From positions 241 through 64,240 of the forward strand of contig JBLMXQ010000028.1 of the NCBI GenBank assembly GCA_050257855.1: a stretch of 64,000 bases of DNA, written 5' to 3'. The first letter of the stretch is position 1. Each line of letters begins with the position of its first letter. The notes under the pieces are model-generated. The model ran no database searches, was not told the DNA's origin, and saw only the letters and a list, made by a program, of their open reading frames with translations. The stretch is from Betaproteobacteria bacterium (lineage in GTDB: Bacteria; Acidobacteriota; Vicinamibacteria; Vicinamibacterales; CAVVIG01). Positions 28,633-35,581 of this stretch are shown here, piece by piece. The position numbers and the translations under genes are program-made.

Positions 28633-29943
28633 ATGAACACGTGGTGGACGAAGAACGCAACCATCGGAATGCGGATCGCGGCGACGTTCGCCGCGGCGGC
28701 GTGCATTCTCCTGACGGCGCCCGCGTTCGAAGCGCAGAGCCTCGACATCTGCGGGTGCGCGAGCGTGCCCAATCTTCAACCGTTCGACACGTCGAACCCG
28801 GCGACGTATCCGCCAGGAACGTCCGATAGCGGGTTCAACGGCACGCTCACGCTGCCCCTGCCGCCGGACGGCGTCTTCAGGTTCAGCAGCTTCGCCGTTC
28901 AGAACAGGAACGTGACGTTCGTCTCGAACGCCGCGAACACCCCGGTCACGATCCTGGTCGCCGGAGACGTGTCGTTGAGCGGCACCAACTGCTGCTTCTC
29001 CTTCACTGTTTCAGGCAGCAGCGGAAGCAGCGGGACCTCGTCGCTGGCGGGTGTCGGAGGACTCGGTGGCCCGGGTGGCTTTCGCGGTGGCGACGGCGCC
29101 TCACAAGGCATCAACGGCGCCGCTATCGGCGGTACCGGCTTCGGTCCGGGCGGCGGCGGCGGCGGAACGGCGGCGCCGTTCACGAACGCCGTCGGCGGCA
29201 CTTTCCTCGGCCTGCCCGAGCTGATTCCGCTGGCCGGCGGCTCAGGCGGCGGCGGCGGCTCGTCGAACGGCACGAGCACGAGCTGTTCGGGCGGCGGCGG
29301 CGGCGGCGGCGGCGGGGCCCTGCTCATCGCGGCCAATGGAACACTGACCATCACGAACTACCAGCTGTTCTCCGACGGCGGCAGTGGCGCCGGCGGAGGC
29401 AACGGGAGCTGCGGGTCGGTCGGAGGCGGCGGATCCGGCGGCGCGATTCGGTTGGTCGCGAACCGCCTCGTTCAGGCCGCAATCGCCAACATCTTCGCGC
29501 GGGCAGGAGGCAACGGCGGCGCCGCTGACGGACGAATCCGCCTCGAATCGATCGACACGTCCGCCCAGACGCAGTTCGGCGCGACGCCGCCTGCGCTGCG
29601 AATCGTCGGGCCGACGCCGCTCGCGAACCCGATCAATCCGACCGTCACCATCACGTCCGTCGGCGGCTCTGCCGTGCCGGCGGTGCCCCAGGGCACCTTC
29701 GGCGCAATCGACGTCGTGCTCCCGGCGCCCGGCGCGACGCCGGTGCTCGTTGCGACGACCGGAGTGCCGAGCGGGACGACGGTAGCGATCTCGGTGAAGC
29801 CGCGCATCGGCGGCCCAGCGATCTCGCAAACCGTGCCGCTCACCTCGTGCGATACGGCGGGCGCGTGCAGCGCGACCGCGACCTTCGACCTGGCTGCCGG
29901 CGCCTACGTCGTGGAGGCGCAGGCCACGTTCCAGGTGCAGTGA
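28633..29943 (+). CDS. secreted glycine-rich protein (436 aa), predicted parallel beta-helix with poly-Gly tracts and a C-terminal Ig-like region
   Basis: ATG 28633 is preceded by GAGGA (28621-28625) and lies 19 nt after the ORF3 stop. Signal peptide MNTWWTKNATIGMRIAATFAAAACILLTAPAFEAQ. Gly tracts (GPGGGGGGT, GGSGGGGGS, a run of at least eight Gly) alternate with GGALLIAANGTLTITN / GGAIRLVANRLV strands, which recall the GGA[ILV] repeats of beta-helical surface proteins. The ORF-track start at 28591 lacks these features. Confidence 0.8.
   Translation: MNTWWTKNATIGMRIAATFAAAACILLTAPAFEAQSLDICGCASVPNLQPFDTSNPATYPPGTSDSGFNGTLTLPLPPDGVFRFSSFAVQNRNVTFVSNAANTPVTILVAGDVSLSGTNCCFSFTVSGSSGSSGTSSLAGVGGLGGPGGFRGGDGASQGINGAAIGGTGFGPGGGGGGTAAPFTNAVGGTFLGLPELIPLAGGSGGGGGSSNGTSTSCSGGGGGGGGGALLIAANGTLTITNYQLFSDGGSGAGGGNGSCGSVGGGGSGGAIRLVANRLVQAAIANIFARAGGNGGAADGRIRLESIDTSAQTQFGATPPALRIVGPTPLANPINPTVTITSVGGSAVPAVPQGTFGAIDVVLPAPGATPVLVATTGVPSGTTVAISVKPRIGGPAISQTVPLTSCDTAGACSATATFDLAAGAYVVEAQATFQVQ
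29290..29313 (+). repeat. in-frame (GGC)7 GGG trinucleotide microsatellite encoding poly-Gly; shorter (GGC)4-5 runs near 29149-29163 and 29245-29256
   Basis: Read directly: tcg ggc ggc ggc ggc ggc ggc ggc ggg gcc, in the ORF4 frame. Confidence 0.9.
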
Positions 29944-30042
29944 TCGCCTTCATCCTGCTTGCGCGGCAAGCCGTGGTACGGCGTATCGGGCCCGTGCTGC
30001 CCCCGAGCGTGGCGCTTCGCAAAGCTGGAATAGGATTGCGTC

Positions 30043-30750
30043 ATGGCGGATTCCTCTTCGCCGACGGCGCGTCCGGCGTTCGCGGCGATTCCCGGCGGCT
30101 GGTTCACGATGGGCACCGATCGCGGGCAGCAGGACGAGGGACCGCCGCATCGCGTCTTCGTCGATCCCTTCGATCTCGGCGTCTTTCCGGTCACACGGGC
30201 GGAGTACGAACGCTTCGTCGACGCGACCGGCCACGAGCCGCCTCGCGACTGGTCCCACCCTGCCTTCACGCAGCCCGATTTCCCCGTCGTCGGCGTGAGC
30301 TGGCTGGATGCGGTCGACTACTGCGCCTGGCGGACCGCCGAAGAGGGACGCGAGGTCCGGCTGCCGACGGAAGCGGAGTGGGAGTACGCCGCGCGCGGTC
30401 GCCAGGAGGCGTTGTTCCCGTGGGGCGACGTCATGCCTGCGTGGATCCCGAACGGCGGCCACGGACCGCTGGAGGCGCCGTGGCCGGTGACGCTCGGAGA
30501 GCCGACCGATTTCGGTCTCTTCGGCATCGGGACGAACATCCACGAGTGGTGCGCTGACTGGCACGACGCGGCGTATTACAGCCGGTCGCCGGAACGCAAT
30601 CCGGCAGGACCTGACACCGGTGTGCGGCGCGCCTCGCGCGGCGGCGCGTGGCGGCACGCATATACCATGTGCCGCGTCACGCTCCGCAGCAAGCTGGACC
30701 CGTCGTTCAGATACAACGACTACGGATTCCGCGTCGCGCGGACAGTCTGA
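30043..30750 (+). CDS. formylglycine-generating enzyme (FGE/SUMF1, PF03781-like) family protein, short form (235 aa)
   Basis: Motifs typical of the family: IPGGWFTMG, GPPHRVFVDPFDLGVFPVTRAEYERFV, PVVGVSWLDAVDYCAWR, RLPTEAEWEYAARG, HEWCADW, RGGAW, YGFRVAR. No signal peptide. Confidence 0.85.
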   Translation: MADSSSPTARPAFAAIPGGWFTMGTDRGQQDEGPPHRVFVDPFDLGVFPVTRAEYERFVDATGHEPPRDWSHPAFTQPDFPVVGVSWLDAVDYCAWRTAEEGREVRLPTEAEWEYAARGRQEALFPWGDVMPAWIPNGGHGPLEAPWPVTLGEPTDFGLFGIGTNIHEWCADWHDAAYYSRSPERNPAGPDTGVRRASRGGAWRHAYTMCRVTLRSKLDPSFRYNDYGFRVARTV

Positions 30751-30809
30751 CCTCAACTGCCTCGCGCGGCGCGTCGGCCGGCCACGAGTGACCGCCGCAC
30801 ATTCCGGCG

Positions 30810-31367
30810 TCAGTTCCTGCGCTTGCCCTTGTTCCGCGTCGCGAGATCGTAGATCAACCCGCCAATGCCGCCCGCGGTGGCACCGACTGCGGCGCCCTTG
30901 CCGCCGCCGGCGACGGCTCCGATCAGCGTCCCCGCGCCCGCGCTCCCGCCGACAATGAGCGCGTCCTTCTCCCACGACCGCTTCTGCGGATGCGCGCGTT
31001 CGGGCCGCGTCGCCACCACCTCAGGCGAGCGAGCGACATCGTTCCGGCTCGCCTGCTCGCTGATCTCGACCGGGTGGATTCCGTTGCCGTCGCGCATGTA
31101 CACGCCGTGCGGATCGTTCGAGCTCTGCGCCGGAATCACCAGCTGGGCCTTCCGGCCGTCGGCGAGCGTGACCGGGACCACCGTTCCTCTGATTGATCCG
31201 TCCGGCGTCGTAACAGTGCCGCTGTAAGCGTCGTCGATACCGTACTGCTGCTGCAGTTCTTCGGGGGTCATCGCGTGGGTGTCACGCCCGCAGGCCGACA
31301 CGCTGAGGATCCCGGCGAACGCGAGGCCGAACGCGCTCGCATGCCTGAGAAACGAAGTGCGGCGCAT
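30810..31367 (-). CDS. lipoprotein with a C-terminal glycine-zipper region (185 aa)
   Basis: The internal ATG at 31367 is preceded by AGGAGGG (reverse complement of ccctcct, 31371-31377). N-terminus MRRTSFLRHASAFGLAFAGILSVSAC has a lipobox-like signal. C-terminus IVGGSAGAGTLIGAVAGGGKGAAVGATAGGIGGLIY is glycine-zipper-like. The longer ORF-track start at 31679 is unlikely. Confidence 0.7.
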   Translation of the reverse strand: MRRTSFLRHASAFGLAFAGILSVSACGRDTHAMTPEELQQQYGIDDAYSGTVTTPDGSIRGTVVPVTLADGRKAQLVIPAQSSNDPHGVYMRDGNGIHPVEISEQASRNDVARSPEVVATRPERAHPQKRSWEKDALIVGGSAGAGTLIGAVAGGGKGAAVGATAGGIGGLIYDLATRNKGKRRN

Positions 31368-31660
31368 GGTCCCTCCTTCTGATGCGCGGCGGCCGCGGGT
31401 GCCGCCGTGTTCCGTCGATAAGGGGTCCATCAGAAAGAACCGTGCCATCGCCAGACAGACCCGGCCGTACTCGACATCAGGCCCGGAACGCCGAATCCAG
31501 CATCGGAAGCGGACCGAAGTTGTCAGTACGCCGACGGTTTCGAAAAACGTCGCGATCGCGTTGTTCACTTTTCCAGGCAGACTCGCTCTCCCGGAGGACA
31601 CACTCGGTGCGCGCCCCGGAAGACACGAACAGTCTCCGGGCGTCGGGCCCTCTGTCGCCC

Positions 31661-31676
31661 TGGCATACCTCTTGCC
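31661..31676 (+). promoter_or_regulatory. candidate sigma54 (-24/-12) promoter TGGCATACCTCTTGCC
   Basis: GG at 31662-31663 and GC at 31674-31675 give the canonical 12-nt GG-to-GC register of TGGCACG-N4-TTGCW. The site is about 27 nt upstream of ATG 31703, with GGAGG at 31693-31697 in between. Confidence 0.45.
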
Positions 31677-31702
31677 CATACTCTGCAGACCTGGAGGTCA
31701 TC

Positions 31703-32128
31703 ATGAGACTGATGCTCGGCATCCTCCTTCTGAGCCTGCTGCCGGCGACGGCGGCGACGGCGAAGCCCAAACACTGGCACGACGATCAGAAGCACTGGAA
31801 CAAGCACTGGCGCGGTCATGACGATGACGATGATGTCGATCATCGCGCCGCGAGCTGTTACTTCGAGCCGAGGGACGTCCGGATCATGCGTGAGTACTAC
31901 GAGCCTCGGTACCGGTCGCTGCCGCCCGGCCTTGCGAAGAAGTACTACCGCACCGGGCATCTCCCTCCCGGGTGGGAGCGGAAGATGGAAGCGCTGCCGG
32001 TCGACGTCGAACGCCAACTCGTCGTGCTGCCGCGCGGGTACCGCCGTGGATACATCGACGGTTCGGTCGTCGTGTATTCGCCGCGCACGCAAGTGGTGAT
32101 CGACGTCGTGGCGCTGTTCGGGAGGTGA
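31703..32128 (+). CDS. RcnB/CigR-family periplasmic protein with a His/Asp-rich N-terminal stretch (141 aa)
   Basis: ATG 31703 with GGAGG 6 nt upstream. Signal peptide MRLMLGILLLSLLPATAATA, then KPKHWHDDQKHWNKHWRGHDDDDDVDH. The LPPGLAKKYYRTGHLPPGWERK pair of LPPG-x-AKK-like motifs and the hydrophobic tail (..GSVVVYSPRTQVVIDVVALF) match what I recall of CigR/RcnB proteins. Confidence 0.6.
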   Translation: MRLMLGILLLSLLPATAATAKPKHWHDDQKHWNKHWRGHDDDDDVDHRAASCYFEPRDVRIMREYYEPRYRSLPPGLAKKYYRTGHLPPGWERKMEALPVDVERQLVVLPRGYRRGYIDGSVVVYSPRTQVVIDVVALFGR

Positions 32129-32506
32129 GCGGGCGCTGCTCGAGACCAGCCGCGCGGGCGAGGCGATTACGACGCCTTCGTTCGACCACCAATCACGACA
32201 ATCAGCAGCGTGATGACCGCGGCGAGGGCGACGAATGGCGCCGCGAGGAACGTCAGAAGAAGTATCGTGCTCATCGATCGCTCGTCTGGACGGGTATTGT
32301 CGCGTACTCCGCCCTCGCCTGCCGCAGGATCGGGAACGGGAACGGTGTCGGTCCAGCCCTGAGGCCGCGTGCCCGAGCGATGAGCGAAATTCGCGCAGCG
32401 TGATTTCGGAACGGCCAAACGAGGCGATGCACAGCCGAGGGCCCAGCCGCGATACGAGCGGCGCGACTTCGAATCAGCCGAAGGAGCTTCGAAGACGCCT
32501 TCTGCT

Positions 32507-32866
32507 TCACTCGCTGCCCTGCTTCCACGCCGCCATCTTCAACAGCAGCTCACGCCCCGAGGTGATGACGTGCGGGTCGCTGAAGAGCGCGGGGTGGATT
32601 TCAACGGGAGCGTAGTCCGTGGGCAGTCCGTTCGCGGCGTTCACGACCCACGACGCCTCGGGCCGGCGATCGCCCAGCGCGATGCCAACCGCGCGCGGCG
32701 CGACCCCAATCACTTCACCGACAGCGCCGTAGGTGGCCCGGACTTGCTCGGCGTTCAGGAACTGGAGAACGTCATCGAGCGTGGCGCTCCCGCGCGCGGA
32801 GCGGTGCGCGTTGCAGAGCGAGCAGAAGCGGAAGTCGAGGCCGTGGGGACAGCGCTGGGCGTTCAT
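32507..32866 (-). CDS. MGMT/ATL-like DNA-binding-domain protein with an N-terminal Cys cluster (119 aa), no PCHR active site
   Basis: Internal ATG 32866. ..RATYGAVGEVIGVAPRAVGIALG.. resembles the helix-turn-helix core (TYG.[IV]A...G.PRAVG.A[LV]G) of the methyltransferase DNA_binding_1 domain. N-terminal CPHGLDFRFCSLC. The assignment is tentative. Confidence 0.4.
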   Translation of the reverse strand: MNAQRCPHGLDFRFCSLCNAHRSARGSATLDDVLQFLNAEQVRATYGAVGEVIGVAPRAVGIALGDRRPEASWVVNAANGLPTDYAPVEIHPALFSDPHVITSGRELLLKMAAWKQGSE

Positions 32867-32886
32867 CGTCTGCCGGTTCCCCCAAG

Positions 32887-33135
32887 CTACGGACCGACGT
32901 CGAGGACGAAGGCGAAGAATCCTGCGATGAGGGCGCCGACAGCACTTGACACCAGCGCGTGCCGGAAGTGCCGCTGCGAGCCCGACCGGGACACGACGAG
33001 TGCCGCCGCTCCGGATGCCACGAAGAATCCGAGTCCGAACGCCACATAGTAGGGCAACCACTTCGTGATGAGAGCCGGAAGGAGCCCACTGGTCGTGCCG
33101 GCAACGAACCACGGGATGAATGGCCCTTCAGTCAT
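32887..33135 (-). CDS. small hydrophobic membrane protein (82 aa), hypothetical
   Basis: ATG 33135 is preceded by GGAAGG. MTEGPFIPWFVAGTTSGLLPALITKWLPYYVAFGLGFFVASGAAALVV..AVGALIAGFFAFVL suggests three TM segments. The upstream in-frame extension to 33330 looks non-membrane and may be non-coding. Confidence 0.4.
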   Translation of the reverse strand: MTEGPFIPWFVAGTTSGLLPALITKWLPYYVAFGLGFFVASGAAALVVSRSGSQRHFRHALVSSAVGALIAGFFAFVLDVGP

Positions 33136-33333
33136 TTGCGCCTTCCGCGTGGTTCGCAGTCTACACCTGCTCTGGGCACTGTTCGTCAAGTCGGCTGCGA
33201 CTCCGCTCAGAGGCACGCCGAGGGTCGCGACGTGGGTCGCAGGTTCAGTCCAGAGCTGGTGGTAGAGAGCTTCGCGGGTGAGGGGCTGATTCGGGTCGCT
33301 CATGGGCGGGCATCGTAGCCTGCTCCACAAACG

Positions 33334-33358
33334 AAAAAAGCCCGCCGTTAGGCGGGCT
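33334..33358 (-). terminator. rho-independent terminator downstream of tRNA-Pro
   Basis: The minus strand reads AGCCCGCC-TAAC-GGCGGGCT followed by TTTTTT (plus-strand aaaaaagcccgccgttaggcgggct): a perfect 8-bp GC-rich stem, 4-nt loop and U-tract. Confidence 0.85.
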
Positions 33359-33451
33359 CTAAATCATGCTCAAATTATGCTCAACGCGGACCGAAACAGG
33401 CCCAGAGCAACCGACATGCCACGTCAAGAACCGGAATGCTTTTCGAGGAAA

Positions 33452-33529
<78 letters not shown>

Positions 33530-33585
33530 ACGCTGCTGACCGGCTGTAGGCGCCGCCCGGGAAGCGGCGAAGTTCCAATACTACC

Positions 33586-34347
33586 TCAGCTTCCCTTCGA
33601 AAGATAGCTCGGCCAGGCGGCGAGCTCCTCGACCGCTGCGAGCGCGTGGTGCGCCGTCAAATCCGGATGCAGCGGCGTCACCGACACGTAGCCGTCGCGC
33701 ACCGCCTGGTAGTCCGACCGGTCGTGCGGCTCCCACTCGTTCTGCCCCTCGTCGATCCAGAAGTACGGGCGCCCTTTCGGATCGCTGCGCTCGACCACCG
33801 ACGTGACGTGATTGCGCTTGGCCTGCACCGTGATGCGCCAGCCCCTGGGCTCGCCCTGGGGCACGTTGATGTTGAGAAACGTCCGCGCCGGCAGCGGCCG
33901 CTGCAGCAGCGCCTCGGCGAACGTCGCCGTCGCGCGCGCGGCATGCGTGAAATCGTAGTCGCCGCGCGTGGCCTTGAGCGACGCGGCAATCGCCGGCACC
34001 CCGAGCAGCGCGCCCTCGAGCGCCCCCGCCACCGTCCCCGAATACGTGACGTCGTCGCCGAGGTTGAAGCCCTTGTTGATGCCGGAGACGATCAGGTCGG
34101 GCAGGCCGCCGAACACCTGCGTGACGGCGACGTTTACACAGTCGGTCGGAGTGCCGTCCACCGCGAAGACCTGCTCGCCGATGCGCTCGAGCCGCAGCGG
34201 ACGCCGCAGCGTGAGCGCGTGGCCGATGGCGCTGGCCTCGGTCATCGGCGCGACGATGGTCACCGCGCCGAGCGGCCTCAGCGCGTCAGCGACCGCCCTG
34301 AGGCCGTCCGATCGATACCCATCGTCGTTGGTCACGAGAATCCGCAT
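33586..34347 (-). CDS. surE: 5'/3'-nucleotidase SurE
   Basis: The N-terminus MRILVTNDDGYRSDGLRAVADAL..VTIVAPMTEASAIGHALT.. is the hallmark SurE signature (ILxxNDDG, then the S.[AS].GH motif). 253 aa is the typical length. Confidence 0.95.
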   Translation of the reverse strand: MRILVTNDDGYRSDGLRAVADALRPLGAVTIVAPMTEASAIGHALTLRRPLRLERIGEQVFAVDGTPTDCVNVAVTQVFGGLPDLIVSGINKGFNLGDDVTYSGTVAGALEGALLGVPAIAASLKATRGDYDFTHAARATATFAEALLQRPLPARTFLNINVPQGEPRGWRITVQAKRNHVTSVVERSDPKGRPYFWIDEGQNEWEPHDRSDYQAVRDGYVSVTPLHPDLTAHHALAAVEELAAWPSYLSKGS

Positions 34348-34371
34348 GCGGAGAAATTATATCGCGGGGAT

Positions 34372-34480
34372 CCGGGGACGGCCTGAAGGCCGTCTCCTGC
34401 CGAGGCCCATTCCGGGACGGCCTGAAGGCCGTCCCCTACCGAGACCCGCCCCGGGACGGCCTGAAGGCCGTCCCCTACCG
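34372..34480. repeat. REP-like hairpin repeat array, locus a: three units (period 39-40 nt) of GGGACGGCC-TGAA-GGCCGTCCC-CTACCG
   Basis: Hairpins at 34374-34397 (one G-T wobble), 34414-34435 and 34453-34474. The CTACCG tail of the last unit (34475-34480) is the TAG stop plus last Arg codon of the minus-strand gene. Confidence 0.9.
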
Positions 34481-35581
34481 GACGTGCACCTCGATGAACT
34501 CGGTGGCGTCGCGCACGCCCGCGGCGCGGCCGCCTGTCTCGGGATAGTTGTTGTCGTCGACGACGATGAGCGTGTGCGAGTCGAGCGGCCAGACGGCTTC
34601 CGGCGTGATGAACGGAAACGCGAACGGAGACGGGAACCCGCCGACATGCGACGGGTTGTCGATCGCGAGCAGATCGACGAGGAGCGTCTTCGCAACCGGC
34701 CGTCCCGGCGCGCCGAGCACGACCCGAAAGACCCGCTTGAACCGCGCCGCGGGCCCCTGCCCGTTGTCGCGCTCGATGGCCACGAAACGGCTGCCGCCGG
34801 CCGCGACGAGCTCGGTCAGCGAGTGTCCCGGCGCGTCGAAGACATACGTCCATTCGCGCCGCGTGAACAGCTCCGCAGCCGTGTCGAACTCGAGCAGCCG
34901 CGTCTCGTTCGGCGGCACCCCCTCGGGTCCGGCCTCGAGCGCGGCGAGCAGCCTGCCGCGCTCGCGCATCGCCGCGAGCCCTTCGAAGCCGCGGCTGCGC
35001 GCGACGGTTGCCGCGCCCTTCCCCACCGCCTGCGCCAGAGCGGGGTTGTCGGGCGAACGCAGGCCGTCGGCTTCCGCCGGCGGATCGAGGAGCCGCCCGT
35101 CGGGCGCGACGTGCAGGATGAACGGCCCGAACTCGTCGCCCACCCAGAACGTGCCGTCGCGATCGACCACCAGCGATTCGGGATCGAAATCGGCGCCGGT
35201 GAGCATGCGCCCGGGCGCGCGCTCGTTGACGATCGCAAACCCGCACCTCCGATCGGGGTCCGCCATCTGGATGAACGACGGATCGACGTCCACGCCGCCG
35301 CCGTCGAAGTCCGGCCGCACGCGGTAGATGCGGAGCAGGAAGTCGTCCGAGTTGGCTTTCGTTCCGTAGCCGTTGTCGGCGAGCGCATAGAACCAGCCGC
35401 GCCGCCCGGGGATCGGCGCAATCGACGAGAAGCCCTGCACCGGCTGTGACGGAAACGGCAGCGTGAGCCCGGGCGCCGGCGTCACGTGCCGCCCGGACGG
35501 CGGTCCGGGCGCGAACGTGTCAGCGGGCAGGCGCGCGAAGCCAACGAGCACGGCGGCAGCGACGAGACGCGACGCGGTCAT
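34475..35581 (-). CDS. secreted phytase-like esterase domain protein (PF13449-like), 368 aa
   Basis: ATG 35581 overlaps the upstream MFS stop (ATGA). Signal-like MTASRLVAAAVLVGFARLPA. ..GFSSI...WYALADNGYG.., ..DPESLVVDRDGTFWVGDEFGP.., ..GFEGLA.., ..VAIERDNG.. resemble the esterase-like-activity-of-phytase family. The 666-aa ORF-track entry fuses this gene with an out-of-frame read through the MFS gene. Confidence 0.7.
   Translation of the reverse strand: MTASRLVAAAVLVGFARLPADTFAPGPPSGRHVTPAPGLTLPFPSQPVQGFSSIAPIPGRRGWFYALADNGYGTKANSDDFLLRIYRVRPDFDGGGVDVDPSFIQMADPDRRCGFAIVNERAPGRMLTGADFDPESLVVDRDGTFWVGDEFGPFILHVAPDGRLLDPPAEADGLRSPDNPALAQAVGKGAATVARSRGFEGLAAMRERGRLLAALEAGPEGVPPNETRLLEFDTAAELFTRREWTYVFDAPGHSLTELVAAGGSRFVAIERDNGQGPAARFKRVFRVVLGAPGRPVAKTLLVDLLAIDNPSHVGGFPSPFAFPFITPEAVWPLDSHTLIVVDDNNYPETGGRAAGVRDATEFIEVHVR

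Noticed and set aside
30027-30041. Sigma54-like TGGAATAGGATTGC just upstream of the FGE-like gene.
   Set aside because: The GG-to-GC register is one nt short (11 instead of 12). The element ends 2-3 nt before the ATG, so transcription would start inside the coding sequence.
30560-30750. The FGE/C-type-lectin-fold gene as a diversity-generating retroelement (DGR) target with a C-terminal variable region.
   Set aside because: No reverse transcriptase gene is in the window. I found no second (template) copy of the 3' end of the gene in the flanking intergenic DNA. The C-terminus (RGGAW..YGFRVAR) looks like an ordinary FGE-family tail.
32170-32274. A 35-aa hydrophobic mini-ORF (MSTILLLTFLAAPFVALAAVITLLIVVIGGRTKAS).
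   Set aside because: It is plausible as a small membrane peptide, but it has no Shine-Dalgarno and no way to corroborate it from sequence alone.
33136-33330. The N-terminal extension (MWSRLRCPPMSDPNQPLTREALYHQLWTEP..) of the small membrane ORF as real coding sequence or the remnant of another gene.
   Set aside because: It runs into the tRNA terminator hairpin region, has no RBS, and is unlike the hydrophobic remainder of the ORF. Any resemblance to known N-terminal domains is too weak to call.
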